Positions 11,894 through 25,300 of a DNA stretch of 34,345 bases are shown in pieces; positions within the stretch are counted from its first letter, which is position 1, and each line of letters opens with the position of its first letter. Under the pieces are notes generated by a model that saw only the letters and a list, made by a program, of their open reading frames with translations, was not told the DNA's origin and did not search any database. The translations under genes and the position numbers were made by a program. Source of the stretch: Hyphochytrium catenoides (Eukaryota > Protista > Hyphochytriomycota); NCBI GenBank assembly GCA_900088475.1, contig FLMG01000929.1, forward strand, positions 1-34,345, written 5' to 3'.

Positions 11894-14350
11894 TTAGTCA
11901 TCGCTGTCTTCATCAGAGGACAGGTCCAACTGTACTCTGCCTTCTTTCTCCGATTCGCTGTCACTCTCTCCGCTCTCCTCTGATTCGCTATCATCGTCAT
12001 CGATGTCCAGATTGACCTTCCGTTTCTTTGGCGCATAATCGGAGTCTGAGGTCTCAGGAGACTCTTTCCCTCGTTTGCGGCTTGGAGCACGGTCTGGCGT
12101 CTTCGCGGCTGTGAAGACGATGTACAAGGGTCACATAAGTAAGCTTGGGGCTGTTCTAAAAGTCTGCGAAAGCGAGAGAGGAGAAATAAAACACCAGCAG
12201 GAGGCATGACGAATGATCCAGATGTGGAAGAGATGATGTTCTTGCGCACACGTCCCTCCAGGGAGAGCAAGGACGGCTTTGTCCAAGGTTCTCAACAAAG
12301 GATGACCCACCTGTAGTGGCAGATGCACCAGGCTTGCCAGTTAGGTCTCCGCCCTGAGTTGACGAGAGGAATATAAATGGAAAGAGATGGAGGGACACAA
12401 CGGCAATATACGAGTTAGCATAGTGAGCTAAGAAGAATGTCCGTGGTGGACTGTGGTTCCTCACCTTCTTCTTTTCTGCATTCCAACCAGCGGGCAGCGC
12501 TCTCCCTTCCTTTGCCACACTGATTCCCAGAGGAATGTCAGCAGTAGCTTGAGGAGCTTTGGAGATGGAGGGAGATGATGGAGGAGCTTCCGCTTCTTCC
12601 TGCTTCTCAAGCTCTTGCCGAACTATTTTTCCCTTTCCGCCTAAGTCCAAGCAGAGGTCATGAGACGAGCCGCCTGAGAACTGTTGCTTTACAGAACAAA
12701 CAGGGGTAGATACTAGGGAACGGAAAAGCGAGAGAAACAGCTAACGATCGTAAGAGGTGCCAACTGAGCGTGGAGCAGGATCAAACAGGAAAGAATGAGA
12801 TAGCTGAAGGTAACCGTGAGGTATGCGCTGCTACCTTGATGCTGGCTGAGTATCCCAGCTCGCATCTGCTCCTCAGTAGGTGCGGGAGGAGCAAAACCAA
12901 ACATGGGCCACTGCCATAAGCATGTGAGACATCAGCATAAGCAGGGATGACCAGAGAGACGTGAGGAACCGAACGTAACAACCGGTAGATTATAGGGAGA
13001 TGAAGGCAGTGTAGGATGCAGTCCAATACTTCAGAGGGGGCCGGCTCAAAAAGGGAGGCGGACAGGTCGGTAGAGAAACAGTCAGGGAGAATACAAAGCC
13101 TCAGGAATTCTATTGGCATGCCCTCTTTGTGTACGAAGGTCATCCATTGGCGATTGAAAGAGCTGACAGAGAGAAAGAGATATTACCCCAGGGGACCACC
13201 AATGGGCTGCAGCAGTTGTGCCGCTGATTCTATGGGCATATGCCACTATCTTCCGAGGGTCTAGGCCTGCAGCGACTGGTCAGCAGATTTCGTGGGAGAT
13301 CAGAGAAGCCGCAAATGCAGAGAGGTGTTCAGAGTCCCAAGAAGACATTCAGACTCAGGGACGTTTCTGCCCAGGAATTAGATTGAGAGACCAAAGAATG
13401 GGAAGCTCCTTTGCAAATTGTAAAGACTGGCAGCATAAGAAATGAGGTGAGGATTGGGTGGTTGGAAGGAATGGGATGGCGTAGGGAGAAGAGACACGAA
13501 GGGTAGGCAAAAGAGGAACGGAGGCAACAGGGTAAAGGAAAACGAAGAGCCTGAGCAGACTAACGTTTCATGTTCTCTCGCTCGTTGGCTCTCTTCTTAT
13601 GCGCCAGGATGGCCTTTGTCAACGCCTGCTCGGTATTTCGGAGCTTGGAAGCGTACTCCAGAATCGCTTTCTCCTTCTGTTCTACTTTTGTTCGGAGACC
13701 TCTCAGCTGATCCTGAGCATCTTGGTGCTGTGTCACTGTGAGAACAGTAAGCAAGTAAGAGTATTGTGATGGCGGGTGGCGCAAGAATTCATTAGGAAGT
13801 CATAAGTTGAGAACGCTAACCCCGAAAGATTGGCCAAGCAGAAGGAAACTTGGATCTAACGGGGTGGTCAGAGTGAGAATAGAAGCGCAACGAAGAGAGC
13901 AAAGGTCTCGAGAAAGAGAAAGAGAGCTTCAAGAGAAGAGAGGCACGGTGCCAGAGCAGCAAGAACTAGAAACACTAGCGAGAGAGCGCGGTGGGTGGAG
14001 CACTTACAGATCTTGACGGAAGCCAGGAGCTCTTCATCTTTCTGCAGCACCTTCTTCAGTGTGCCCTGGACTGCTTCGAGGTTTTTACGCGCTTCAGCGC
14101 TCAGGGAAGGTCTATTGACGGGTAAAACATACGGTCAGAAAGGAGAAGGCGTGTGTCTCAGTGCAATTGGATGGACTCACTGGGATAATGTGGTCAAAGA
14201 ATCAAACAATTTCCCGGCCAGGCTCCGATATTCAGCGAGACGATTGCCCACAAGTTTCCTAACGCTGGTGTGCTCAGGATCATCCTCGTTGCGCCCGGCC
14301 CCGGCAGGATCATCTTCAAGCTTCGCCTTTGAAATGTCAGGTGACATCAT
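11894..14350 (-). CDS. MED4: Mediator of RNA polymerase II transcription subunit 4
   Basis: Spliced exons give an N-terminal coiled coil (LQKDEELLASVKILTQHQDAQDQL...), then the Med4 signature LDPRKIVAYAHRISGTTAAAHWWSPG-WPMFGFAPPAPTEEQMRAGIL, and an acidic tail ending VQLDLSSDEDSDD* with an NLS-like PKKRK. The 3' exon boundaries are less certain. Confidence 0.9.
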
Positions 14351-15142
14351 TCTGAAGCTACTTCCCTACATGCTTGGCGTCATTGTACTCAAGAGGAGGC
14401 TCTGTGAGCCTGACAACTATCAGAAAGGAAGAGGCTACTTCGTCCCGTCCTGCAGAGCTAGTGCCTCTTAGACTGCTTATTCCACTTTTAGGATGCCATC
14501 AGGAAGCCCCGATGGAGCCAAATTAATGTTAGAGAGTGGTCCTGTGCCGGCAGATGCCGCTCATCTGAGGAATGTAGGAGAGGGGAAGCTTTGGCGGCAG
14601 TAGGACAGAACTAAATGTGAGAGTCTCAAGACGGGCGGCGGCAGCAGCAGAGCTTCAGACAGAGATCACGATCTCAATCTGCACACCCGCTCATGGTAGC
14701 TGAGCCTACCGCTCATTTCCGATTGGTCCACACTAGTTTGACTGCTTTCCAGTATATACGCATGTCAATTCTGTATAAATCGCTCGTCTGGTGGACCATC
14801 ATGTCTCCAAGGGTAGGTCTGAGGATTGTGGAGGCGTCCCCCAGTATTAGTGGGCTGACATGGTGATGGGAACCTCATCAACAGAGCTTCGCATTGGATT
14901 CTGATGATGGGGCGAGATCTCCAGCCAGATCCTCAGCTTCAACTTGAAGAACAAGAAAAGAGGGCAAGCCTGCGAAGAGCAGAGATTCCCAGAGTCTGAA
15001 GAAGGACGCCGCAGACCAGTGAAGAAGTTTCAAAGCCTGCGGGAGAGACAGGTCATCTCTCGTCTCCTCCATCCGCAGAGCCATTCTTGTTGGCCGTATC
15101 AGGCAAGAGCGATACTTCTCCTACTCGTGGATTGTTATTAAG
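14351..15142. promoter_or_regulatory. Probable bidirectional promoter region between MED4 (-) and ACAD8-like (+)
   Basis: Start codons are head-to-head about 0.8 kb apart; a reverse CCAAT (GATTGG) lies at ~14721 and TATA-like TATAAA at ~14775. Inferred from position only. Confidence 0.4.
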
Positions 15143-18064
15143 ATGCTGCGATTGGGAAGAGCTCTGCCCTCCCTACGACGGACTTCCGGCGTCTTCTCAA
15201 ATCTCAGATACCTTTCAACTGACCCGGCATCAGGTAAGTGATTGTTCCTGTTCCAGTTTCGGTCTCTCTGGCTCACTCTCATTCCATTGTCGTCGACCCC
15301 TCCGTTGCAGGCTACATTGGACTAACACCCGAGCAGCAGGAGTTCAAGGCAGTTGCAGATGACTTCGCCAAGAAGGAACTGCTTCCATTTGCCGCAGAAT
15401 GGGATCAAAAAAAGATCTTTCCAAAGGAGACCCTGAGAAAGGCTGCAGAGTTAGGTTTTGCCGGTTTGTACACTTCTCTTTCCTTTCCCCGCCTCAGTCT
15501 CTACGACTCCTCTCCCAAAACCGATACGTCTTTGTTATCCTCTAACATCAGCAGTACTTGACGGCTTGGCCCTTGCTAAAGCTCTCGAGAAAGCGATCCG
15601 TGCGTTCTCTCGTCCGCGTGTCTTTCTGTTGGTGGATCTTTTCTCCTTTTCTAAGCATCATTTCTGTCCTCATCATTTGAATAGGTGTCTTCGTGCGAGA
15701 GGACATTGGAGGGACGGCACTTAAGCGCCAGGATGGCGTCGTTATCTTCGAGGCCCTTGCAGCTGGCTGTGTGAGCACCACTGCTTATTTGACCATTCAT
15801 AATATGTGCACGTGGATGATAGACACCTATGGCAACGAGAGAGTGCGAGAGAAATTCTTGCCAAAGCTGCTGACAATGGAGGTTAGTGAGACGACAGCTA
15901 GGCGGTGATATGGCAGCTGTGAACTCGGCTATGGCTTCTCATGTCTTCCGCAGCCCACGGGTTTCCCTCTCTTTTTCATCTTCTATATCCTGGCTTCTCT
16001 CCTGTCCAGCGAACTGGTATGACTGGATGTGGTATCAACTCTCTTTCGGTCTAGCTTGTACTGCTCTTCAGGACTAGGGATTACCTCTTTCACTTCCAAT
16101 TGCCAAACATCCTTACTAAGGCAGTCGCTGTCTCCTGTGGCTTCGTGATGCTGTGGAGCAGGATTTCGCCTCCTACTGCCTGACAGAGCCCGGGAGTGGA
16201 AGCGACTCATCGTCTCTGCTCACAAAGGCAGAGAAAAAAGGCGATAGATACATTCTAAACGGCTCTAAGGTTAGTCCTTGCCAATCCCTGTCCCGTCTTA
16301 GTCCAGTACTTCCTCCGACCCTTCATCAGCGTTTCTCCACCTATTCTTCCACCCTTTCTTCTAACCCCAGTCTGCCTAAGCTTTGTCTCCCGCAAACCAA
16401 GCTAGACCATGAAAGATTGTTATACTTCCTTCTCCTTCATAGGCTTTTATCAGCGGTGGAGGCGAAAGTGATGTTTACGTAGTTATGTGTCGAACAGGAG
16501 GCCCAGGTAAGGAAGGAGGAGTTCCCTTCAATAAGGCCGACAGGAGAAGAAGCATCCTTTGAGGGTCAATGAGTAAATTCCTAGGTTATAGAGGAGACAG
16601 ATTAGAAGAAGTTAGGGAGTTACTATATTCCATGGCGCTCGCTTCTGACCTAGGCCCTCCTCTCACCAGGTCCGAAGGGCATTTCATGCCTGTTAGTGCC
16701 AAAGGACGCGCCGGGACTGAGCTTTGGCAAGCAGGAAGATAAGGTGTTTCCGGCTCTCCCGTATCCATCTTGTTGTTTCTTTCTTTGCTGTCCATTCTCA
16801 AGAAACTTGGCCTGTTCTAAGCTGAGCCTGTCTAGGGACGCATCCCATACGACAGTTTCTCCCTACCCAGACAAAGTAGCTCCCCACCAATGCTACTCCG
16901 GCTCATAGTGGCTTCAATACCCTCCTTTCTCACACCTATTCCTATCCTTCGCCTCTGCTTGTTATTGATGCTCTTGATGCATTCTAGCTTGGTTGGAACA
17001 GTCAGCCCACGGCAGCGGTGATATTTGAGAATTGCGAAGTACCAGTAGAGAACCTGCTTGGCGAGGAGGGCCAGGGCTTTAAGATGGCAATGGCAGGCCT
17101 CGACGGAGGAAGACTCAGCATTGGTAACAAACTGAGTTACTGCCTCATGATGCCATCATTCCTAGATAAGCTACTGCTACAAAGGCCTTGCTTTTTCGCT
17201 ATCTGGAAGCTTTGATGGTCTCTCTTCTCCTTGGTGTTTGGGCTGCCTTTCTCTTCTTTTTTTTGCATACATAGCAAGACAGTCAAGGCGCACCAACACT
17301 ACCCTAATATGCTTTTTTGCCGTTGCTGTTCGACCTCGGCCACTCCATTTTACTCCTTGCAAGGTACCTGCAGTTTGGGCGGAGCAGCAGCGTGCTTGGA
17401 TCTTGCGCGGGAGCACATCAAGATTAGAAAACAGTTCGGAAAGCCCCTGGCCGACAACCAGGTAACCGGCTGCGGAGACATGTGTGGCGACGTAGAGGGG
17501 GAGTGAGAAGGAAACGTAGGCGTGGGGACAAGAATGGGGACTTGGTACTGTTGCATACGTGCATATGAAGCGCCTCTATCGGTCTCACCAGCGACAGGGT
17601 TGATCCTGCTCCTTGCTTTGCCTATAGCTTTTCTAACATCATCTCTTTACGTTCTCACCTCCTCTTTCTCTTTCCCTTCCTCTCCCTCCCTTTTCTCTCT
17701 GTTCCTGTACCTCTTTTCCCTTCTGAACTCCCTGCAGCACCTCCAATTCAAACTCGCTGATATGGCTACTGAGCTTCAGACGGCCCGGAGTATCCTCAGG
17801 CAGGCAGCAAAGCTGCTGGACGAGAAGGAAACGAGCGCCACTGCGTTCTGCGCCATGGCAAAGAAGTACAGCACGGACGTCGGGTTCAATGTAAGGAACC
17901 CAAAAACCTCTTCCTTTCTTTTCTCCTTTTGCTTGACGTCGATGGCAGCTCTCGGTATGAATTCATCTGAAAATGAGGGTCCTGTCTCTCTTTACCTTTG
18001 ATAGCGGCTACCTCCTCTTTTGCACAGTTGCTGACTCTTTGTTCTTTTATTCCCTGTCTCTGAT

Positions 18065-18097
<33 letters not shown>

Positions 18098-18307
18098 TAC
18101 ACTCACTTACTCTCACTCGCTCTCTTCTCCTGCTGGGCGGACGGTCTTCAGATCTGCAATGATGCCCTGCAGATGTTTGGTGGCTATGGCTATCTGAAGG
18201 ACTATCCCGTAGAGCGCTACCTGCGCGATGTGCGAGTACATAGAATCCTAGAGGGGACAAACGAGGTTATGCAGCTCATCATCTCAAGAGCTCTGCTTAA
18301 AGATTGA
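15143..18307 (+). CDS. ACAD8: Isobutyryl-CoA dehydrogenase, mitochondrial (acyl-CoA dehydrogenase family, ACAD8-like)
   Basis: About 10 exons. Presequence [13 protein letters not shown], then [36 protein letters not shown] (ACAD8-typical), [89 protein letters not shown] (catalytic Glu). Confidence 0.95.
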
Positions 18308-18415
18308 GGGAGAGAGAGAGAGCAGACGTAGGCCACCGCCCCCGAAAGGTGGCCAAGGCGCGACAAGCAGACACGAACCGTGTCCCTTGGGGCAAAGCGA
18401 GAGGATAAGAGAGTA

Positions 18416-19152
18416 TTAGGAGCGACCGTATTTATCGATATCATCTGAAAGTCATTCTTTGCGCCGTTTTTTTTTCTCTCACCCTGATCACGGCTTTCCC
18501 CCGAGCTCGTCCCCCTCAATCCTCTCCTATCCAAACAAACGGGGATAGAGAACAAAGAGAGAGAGGTAGATATTCTACACCGAAGAGCATTGGGAGAGGC
18601 TGTGGGGAGGCTGCTAGCACCCGGCAGAGGAACCTCAAATCTATCGCCGCCCAGCCTTGAGGCGGGCCAGAAAGTCTTCTTATGGAGCGAGGGGCGCACC
18701 AGAGAGGAAAGACTTGGGAAAGGGAAGGAGCGAAGAAGATATCCGCCAGCTAAAGGCAGTAACGGTCATCGGCTAGGGAATAGGACAAACCTCTCTGCAT
18801 TATCTGAAAACCCAGGAGATGGCGGAATATCTTCGAGTAGCATCTGAGCAATTACGAGAACATGATCTTCTTCCCTTTTTACAGAGGTTCTTCAAGCTTA
18901 CTGCTGCTCGGCTCCTGCTGGTCCTGCCGCCGCTGATGCGAACAGCATCTCCTTCCGGACCCACGTCACCCATATCAGGCTGATTGATAGAGCTGCTGAT
19001 AGGTTGTGGCTAATCCATCGCTGCTGGAGTTCTCTCACCGCCTGCGGGCTGTTGCATCGCTTTCACCGCCGTCCGCTTTTGTCTGCGGAGCTCTGCCTTC
19101 GTTTGACTTCATCAAGACTCCGAAGCCTCTCTTTGCTCTCTTGTACTCCCAT
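18416..19152 (-). CDS. Tentative small, probably disordered protein with an N-myristoylation-type start (MGVQESK)
   Basis: Exons 19152-19067, 18995-18902 and 18843-18791 join in frame (MGVQESKERLRSLDEVKRR...RSRAAMLLEDIPPSPGFSDNAE). The 3' exons down to a TAA at 18416 are uncertain because one needs a 38-nt intron. Confidence 0.38.
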
Positions 19153-19324
19153 ACAGCAGGTTGATGCTTCCCTAGTCTCTTCCGCCTCTCCTTCTTGCTC
19201 TCTCTCTCCCTCTCTCTCTCTCTCGTTAGCAACTTACCGCTGGAATTGTTCCCTCGCCGTTCACCTTGGACCGCAGCCGGAGCATCGCTTAATCCATTGC
19301 AAGCAAGGCCACAGTTCGGGGTCG

Positions 19325-22300
19325 ATGGAGGAGCAAAGAGAGCAAGAGGACATTACCGGACTGAGAGTGCAGCAAGGAGATGAACAGATTCACAAGGAGA
19401 ATGAGAGTCCCTCTGCGTCTGGGGAACGTCAGGTTGAGAACTATCGTGGATGACGCTCCTCCGCCCACTGTTGTCCTTGCTGGTCATCGTCCTCCTTCTT
19501 CTCTCGGCTCGCCACATTTCGGCTATCTATTTATCTCCTCCTGCGCTCTATCGGTCTGTCCCCTCTTTTCTTTCTCCCTTTCTCTGCATATTCCGCCTCC
19601 TATGGAATCGCCAACAATTGACAGCTTTATTCCTTGCCGGCGAGGGATCGCAGACCGGAGAAGCGAAGATCGAAGCCAAAGCGAGGCTCAGCATCGACAT
19701 CCCTAAACCCACAGGTCTGATGTGTGCTTTATATCGGCTCCTCCTTCTCCTTCCTATGGCCCTTGCTCACCCTTCCGGACTAGTCACGCTAAACCTTAAC
19801 TGGTAGTCGGGCGCCTGTTCTTCGCAGATAGTACACCCACACCTACATTTATTGTTCTGCGGGGTCTCTTTCTCTCCCGTACTCTTCTCCTCTCTCTCGT
19901 TTTCCTCTTTCTCCCTGTTCGTCTTCTCTGGCTGATGGGTTACGTTTTGCTTAGCATGATAGTCTTTCCTCTCGTCCGGCCTCTTACAGATGGCGAATCC
20001 CGGCCGCCGTCCCCACCTCCAGGGCATAAAGGAAGCGACAGCGCCAGGATCGGCCTTGCAGAGAGTGGAAGAGGATTAGAAGCACAAGACAAAGAGCCAG
20101 GGACCGCCCCTACTTCTCGTTTCATTGATTGCGTCTACATGGAGCCTGGACCCCTATTTCTTGACCTGTGCAACCGCCCACAAGGTTTTGGGGCCGTTCT
20201 AAAGGGCTTTAGGAGAGATGAGAATGGACAGATGGGCGCTGCTGAGAAAGAAGGCAAGATCGCCACAGGTAAAAAACTATGGTGAAGAGAAACAGATGAA
20301 TCACTCTAAGCCACGTACTGGAGGTTTCACAGAGATGGTGAGGGGCAGAAGAGAAAGTGCAGAGAGAGAGACACAACGGAAGTGGAATACGTGCTTGCTT
20401 GCCAAGGGAAATTGACGGTTGCGGTCGGGAAAGTAACCGAGCAGTGAAAAGAAGAGAGATGATGTTAGTGAGAGAGTGCCTTTTTATTGGAGTCAAAGGG
20501 AAGTGATGGGTACGGAAAGAAGGATGAGAACAGTGGAAGAGCTATTCAGCGATAGGAAGAGTGAGGGTACAAATAATAAGAGCAATCTGCAGTGCTAGAA
20601 AGAGGGAATTGCAAATGGAAGGAAAGCGTGCTGCAGATGAGTCTGCCCTGCAACTTCTACTGAGAGCTATAATGATAGGATGCTCTTTTTCCTTCAGACT
20701 ACTTTTGCGACCTTTTCTGACTTTGCTGGGTTGCACTCGTGGTACCATCTCTCCCTCTGTCCGCCATGATCCCAGGAGACTTATTAGTCGCCGTGAATGG
20801 AGTCGACGTTACATTGATGCCTTTCGATTGCATCATCGACCTCATCCGCACTTCCTCCTTCCCCAAGTGCGTCACATTCCTCCCCGCTGACCCCTCAACG
20901 AGGATGGATCCTACTCACGCCTTCCCTTCCAGCAAGGAAGAAATAGAGGGAAGAGAGGACACTGCGTCTTTGTCAATGGCGTCGGAGGTAAGACAAGTGA
21001 GGGGAAGTGCCCAATCTGCCTTTTACTCGCACACTTGTGGAGTATCTCTCCTTCTCTGTTGATTAAGTAAGTGTGAGATCTGTGGCCTTAGAGGATCACG
21101 TCACTCCCCACAGTCCAGTCCTTTCTCTCATCTCGGCGATTGAGTCTCATGTGCAGTTCTCAGCGGACCTTGTATCCTTTAATGAAGGAGGGGCTTTCTT
21201 CGTTTTCCTTCTTTGCGTCCTCTCCCTCTTTGTTGGCGGATACTGCTTCTTTCATTGGATAACTTATCTCTCTCTGCTTCTCATGCTGTCTTTTTCCCTA
21301 CCTTTCTATCCTACCTTGTTCCCCAGACGAGTTCAGTTGCCAGCGCTAACAAGAGCGGACAAGAAGACAAAGAATCGTTCTCATTTCCTCGATTGCGCAT
21401 GCCTTTGGGGCTAGAAAGGGTGATGGAGAGTGTTCAGAAGCCACAAGACCTCTTCCGTCCGGATAGCGTTATAAACGCGTTCAAGAAGATGGGAGGCAGA
21501 GGAGAAGAGGGTAAGGATCGTTGTCATCTTCTCGCTCTCAATCCCCCCGGCATGCGCCATCTTTAGCCTCCGCTAAAATCTCGGGAGGCTTCATATCAAC
21601 CTTCGTGAGGTGGCCGGTCCGATTTAACTTGGCTCTCTGTTCTAATTCGCGCCGATACTTCTAGCACTGTCTTTGCTGATACAACCGAGCTCCTGAAATA
21701 ACTCCTTTTTTTCTCCACACCTCCCTTGACATATGCCAAAATTTTATCTAACGCCATCCCTGTCTCTTGCGGGTTTGTCGGAGTAGAGGAGCTATCGGAG
21801 CTTATCTCCACCTTACATCTCGAGCAAGAGGGAGAGAAGAGTGAAGAACGGAGCTCTTATTTGGGTCTAATCACTCTGAGAGGAGGACAGGATGGCACGT
21901 TCATTGGTTCCATGGAAGTCCTTTCCAGGCTTTCTATTTCCTGGTACAGAGCCACTCCAGGCGGCGCTTTTTTTGAGATTCCTGGTAAGGATAACGCGTA
22001 CTTTGTCACTCTCTGTCTATGTAGACTTCCCGTCTCTCATCCCTGTGTAATAGATTCATCTTTCATTTCCGACGGTTGGCGCACTATCTGCTTGATATCT
22101 GTTCCTTACATGAGCCCACTGGCATTATCCCTCTGCATTGCACCTGGTTTGGCTTTGTCGCGTTCACCTGCGGTATGCTCTGTTGACTCTCGCTGCTTCA
22201 ATCTCGCTATGTCCTGTCCCTCTCATCCTATTGTCTACTCAATTGCTCACCTTTTGCTGCGCCTCTAGGAGTAACCGGCAATTACTACCAACCGTCTGCT

Positions 22301-25300
22301 GATGACATCGGAGCCAATATCTGCATTCAGGTTCAGAGCGCAAAGAACTCTTCAGTGTCCAAGCTCGCTCAAATTGGACCACTGAAACTAGGTAGAAGAG
22401 TGTCTTCCATCTTCTTCTGGCTCTACATTTTTTACTCCTTCCTGGTGATCTCGCCATAGCGGTTTCACGATCTGTCAAGCCTCATATTTCTCATCTTTAG
22501 TTTTTCAGTCTGTCTTTACATTCAAGATGGAACAATCATTAGTACAGCTCACCACGTGATTCAATCTCTCCCTCTCTGTCACTAATCGTCTGTCTCTTAA
22601 TTTTCTCTGACCCAGACCCAGAGGTAGAAGAGCAAGTGCAACAAGCTGCAGAGAGTGGGCTTGCCCAATTTAGAGTTACAACTCACCTGAACAAGGAAAA
22701 CCTCCTGCTGTCTCTTTCTCCAGAAGGAGTACAGTTCTTCGAGATAGTGGACATCAAGGGAGAGAAGCCACTGCTTGAAGTTCCGTATAGCAAGTTCGTG
22801 CGAGTAAGAGAAAGCGCCTCTTCAGCATTGGATTCACTCTAGCTCTCTTTCTTAAAATACACCTGTCTTCCACCGCAGTTGCTCTACAATGCGGGTAAAG
22901 TCTCACACCTATAGATTCAATCTCTATCGTTGTGTCAGAGTTGTCTCTTCTCAGCCTCTTCTGGGTTATCAGCCTCTTCTTGAAGTGAGTGACCTACAGG
23001 ATGCAGTGGCGGTATTTGTCCTCATTTTCTCTCCTGTGATAATCCACTTTCAAGCGGTCCTCGAGTTACCCTCAGCTTCTCTCTCCCTCGTCTCCCCATT
23101 ATATCTGATATGCTCTGACAACTCCAAGCTGCTCCTCGGCTAACTCGAACTACCGAATTACTTTCTGGCTCGCAGATTTTTCTTGACCCGACGAACACTG
23201 TATTCTTCACATTACGCTACTCTGCTGAGTGGCAAGCAGGGATTGGTGATGGTAGGTTATTCCTTCTTCCCTATCTGTTGCGGCGGAGCTTGATAGTGTC
23301 CTAGTCCTCTTTCCTTTACAAGTTTTATTCATCTTCCTTGATAGAGGGGTCGGTCTAACCTCAAACAACTCTATCCTTTCTCTTGTAATGCTTGCGTAAC
23401 CCGACTCGCACTAGATTGTCGAAGCCTCGGGAGCCGTGGTCGTATCCAGTTGTTCGCGAGTGCAGAGAGAGAGAGAGACGTTCTAGCGCTGACTCTTCGT
23501 CGGTTCCGAGCGGCCGTGCTGACCCTCGAGGAAAACAGCGAGGCGGTGGATGAAGAGGTGGCAATGACTTGTCTCACCTTCTACCTCGGCATCTCTTCGT
23601 GAAGTTTCTCATATCCCAAATGTCATATGTTTTCTCTAACACTCTCGCTCGGGATGCTCTTCTCGTTTTCTGCCCAGTTTTGCTCGGCCGTTTTCACCTC
23701 ACTCATCCTTGGGTCTACTGCACGTCTCCGCTTTCAATTGCCAGATGCCCTAACCTGTCATCTCCAGTCCACCTCATATGTTCCCGTCGACTCAAATGGG
23801 CAGCCGCCCCCAAGTCGGTCATCACCTCTCCGAACTCCACAAGGAAGCGCAGAGTCTACTCCTACGCATAGCCCCACCCGAGGCCACAGACCAGAGACAG
23901 TAAACGCTCCTTCACTGCCATCTGGTGGTGCCAAGAACTTGATCCATAGCAAGGCTCTGTCCTCCGGGTCTCCTCTCAGCTCAGGTTGTGCACTCTTTTC
24001 TTCAGCATCTCCTAATACAGTTACTACAATTAGGTTTGCCGCCCCTTCAAGCTAAAAGATGTCGTTTCTTGCTTAACCCTTCGCCATCTCTCGCAGATCG
24101 CTTGTCACCCATTCTTAACGACCAAGGCGGAGGTGGAGGCGATGACGCATTGGTATGATCTTGCAGGAATACGTCTAAACTTAGCTTAGCTTTCTTTGCG
24201 GAGCAAAATGTGATCGGTCCATTTTCCAAGTCTTGTCTTTGGCCTCTACGTTTTCGTGTCCGGGGTTTTAACCCTAGCCCACAGTGGACATCTCTTGCTT
24301 TTTCTCATCTGTGGCATTCAAGCATGCTAAACCGTACATTTGGTTTTCTCAAACCAGAGGCGACGTCAATTGGAGCAGCTGATAGCGCGTGTGACCGCAG
24401 CTGAACGAGCAGAGAGGAAAGCACTGACAGAGATGAAAATTCACATCAAGGAAGGAAAAAGGAACCAACAAAAGGTGAACAGATAAAGTTAGTCTTTTTC
24501 CGCAGTGGATACCTACGTGTCGGCTGTGGATCTGTATAGATTATCCGCCTGCCAACCTTCATGGGGACGAGACCTTTGACGACTACTATCGCATGGCACT
24601 TTTCTCTCTGGCTTCTTATTGACAAACATATTTGCTCTTGTTCTGCCATTTCTTTTTGCGTAACAACGGCAAGTCAATTAACTCTACTGATTCTCTCATA
24701 CCTCTGCAGATGACAGAGCTCAACCGTCAACTCCTAAAGGCGCAGGAGGCCCTAAGTCGTGTGACCGGAGAACACGAACAAGTGCTGCAAACCTTGGACT
24801 TACTGCAGAAGAGGAAAGAGGGAGGAATTGACCAGAGGACCAGCCCACGCAGCCTCACTGTAGAGGTCAATACCAAGCGGCAAACTGAACTTTCTACTCG
24901 GCCGTTTCCTCGTTTTCAGCATGGGATCATCCTCTTGTTTGCTTGACTCTTTTGACGCCCTCTAGAAAGTGCATACTTTCTCCCAGTTAGATTTTAAGGA
25001 CTTATGTCTCCTTCACTTTCTCACTCACCCTCCTTCGCTTTGAATCGCGCTCATTTGCTTTACCTTCTTGATTATGGACTCGAGTGCTCACACTTGGTCG
25101 CAGTTTGGGCTCCAGTCCCCCCGCCCAGGAATTGTCCCTCAAGCTAGCAGAAAGAATAAGATAGAAGAGATCCCAGTGAGCGTAGAGGGTAATGAAGGCA
25201 ACAGTGAGACTAGGCGAACTCCTTCATCATCGACATCCTCCTGTGCAAACTGTGATGAGACTAAGGTTGCGCTGCCTCCTGTCTTTGCTTCATCCAATGG

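Noticed and set aside
14878-15141. 65-68 aa ORFs upstream of the ACAD8-like gene
   Set aside because: No homology cues, and they lie in the probable shared promoter/5' UTR region.
22951-22985. Short direct repeat TCAGCCTCTTCT x2
   Set aside because: A small intronic tandem duplication, not an array or a target-site duplication.
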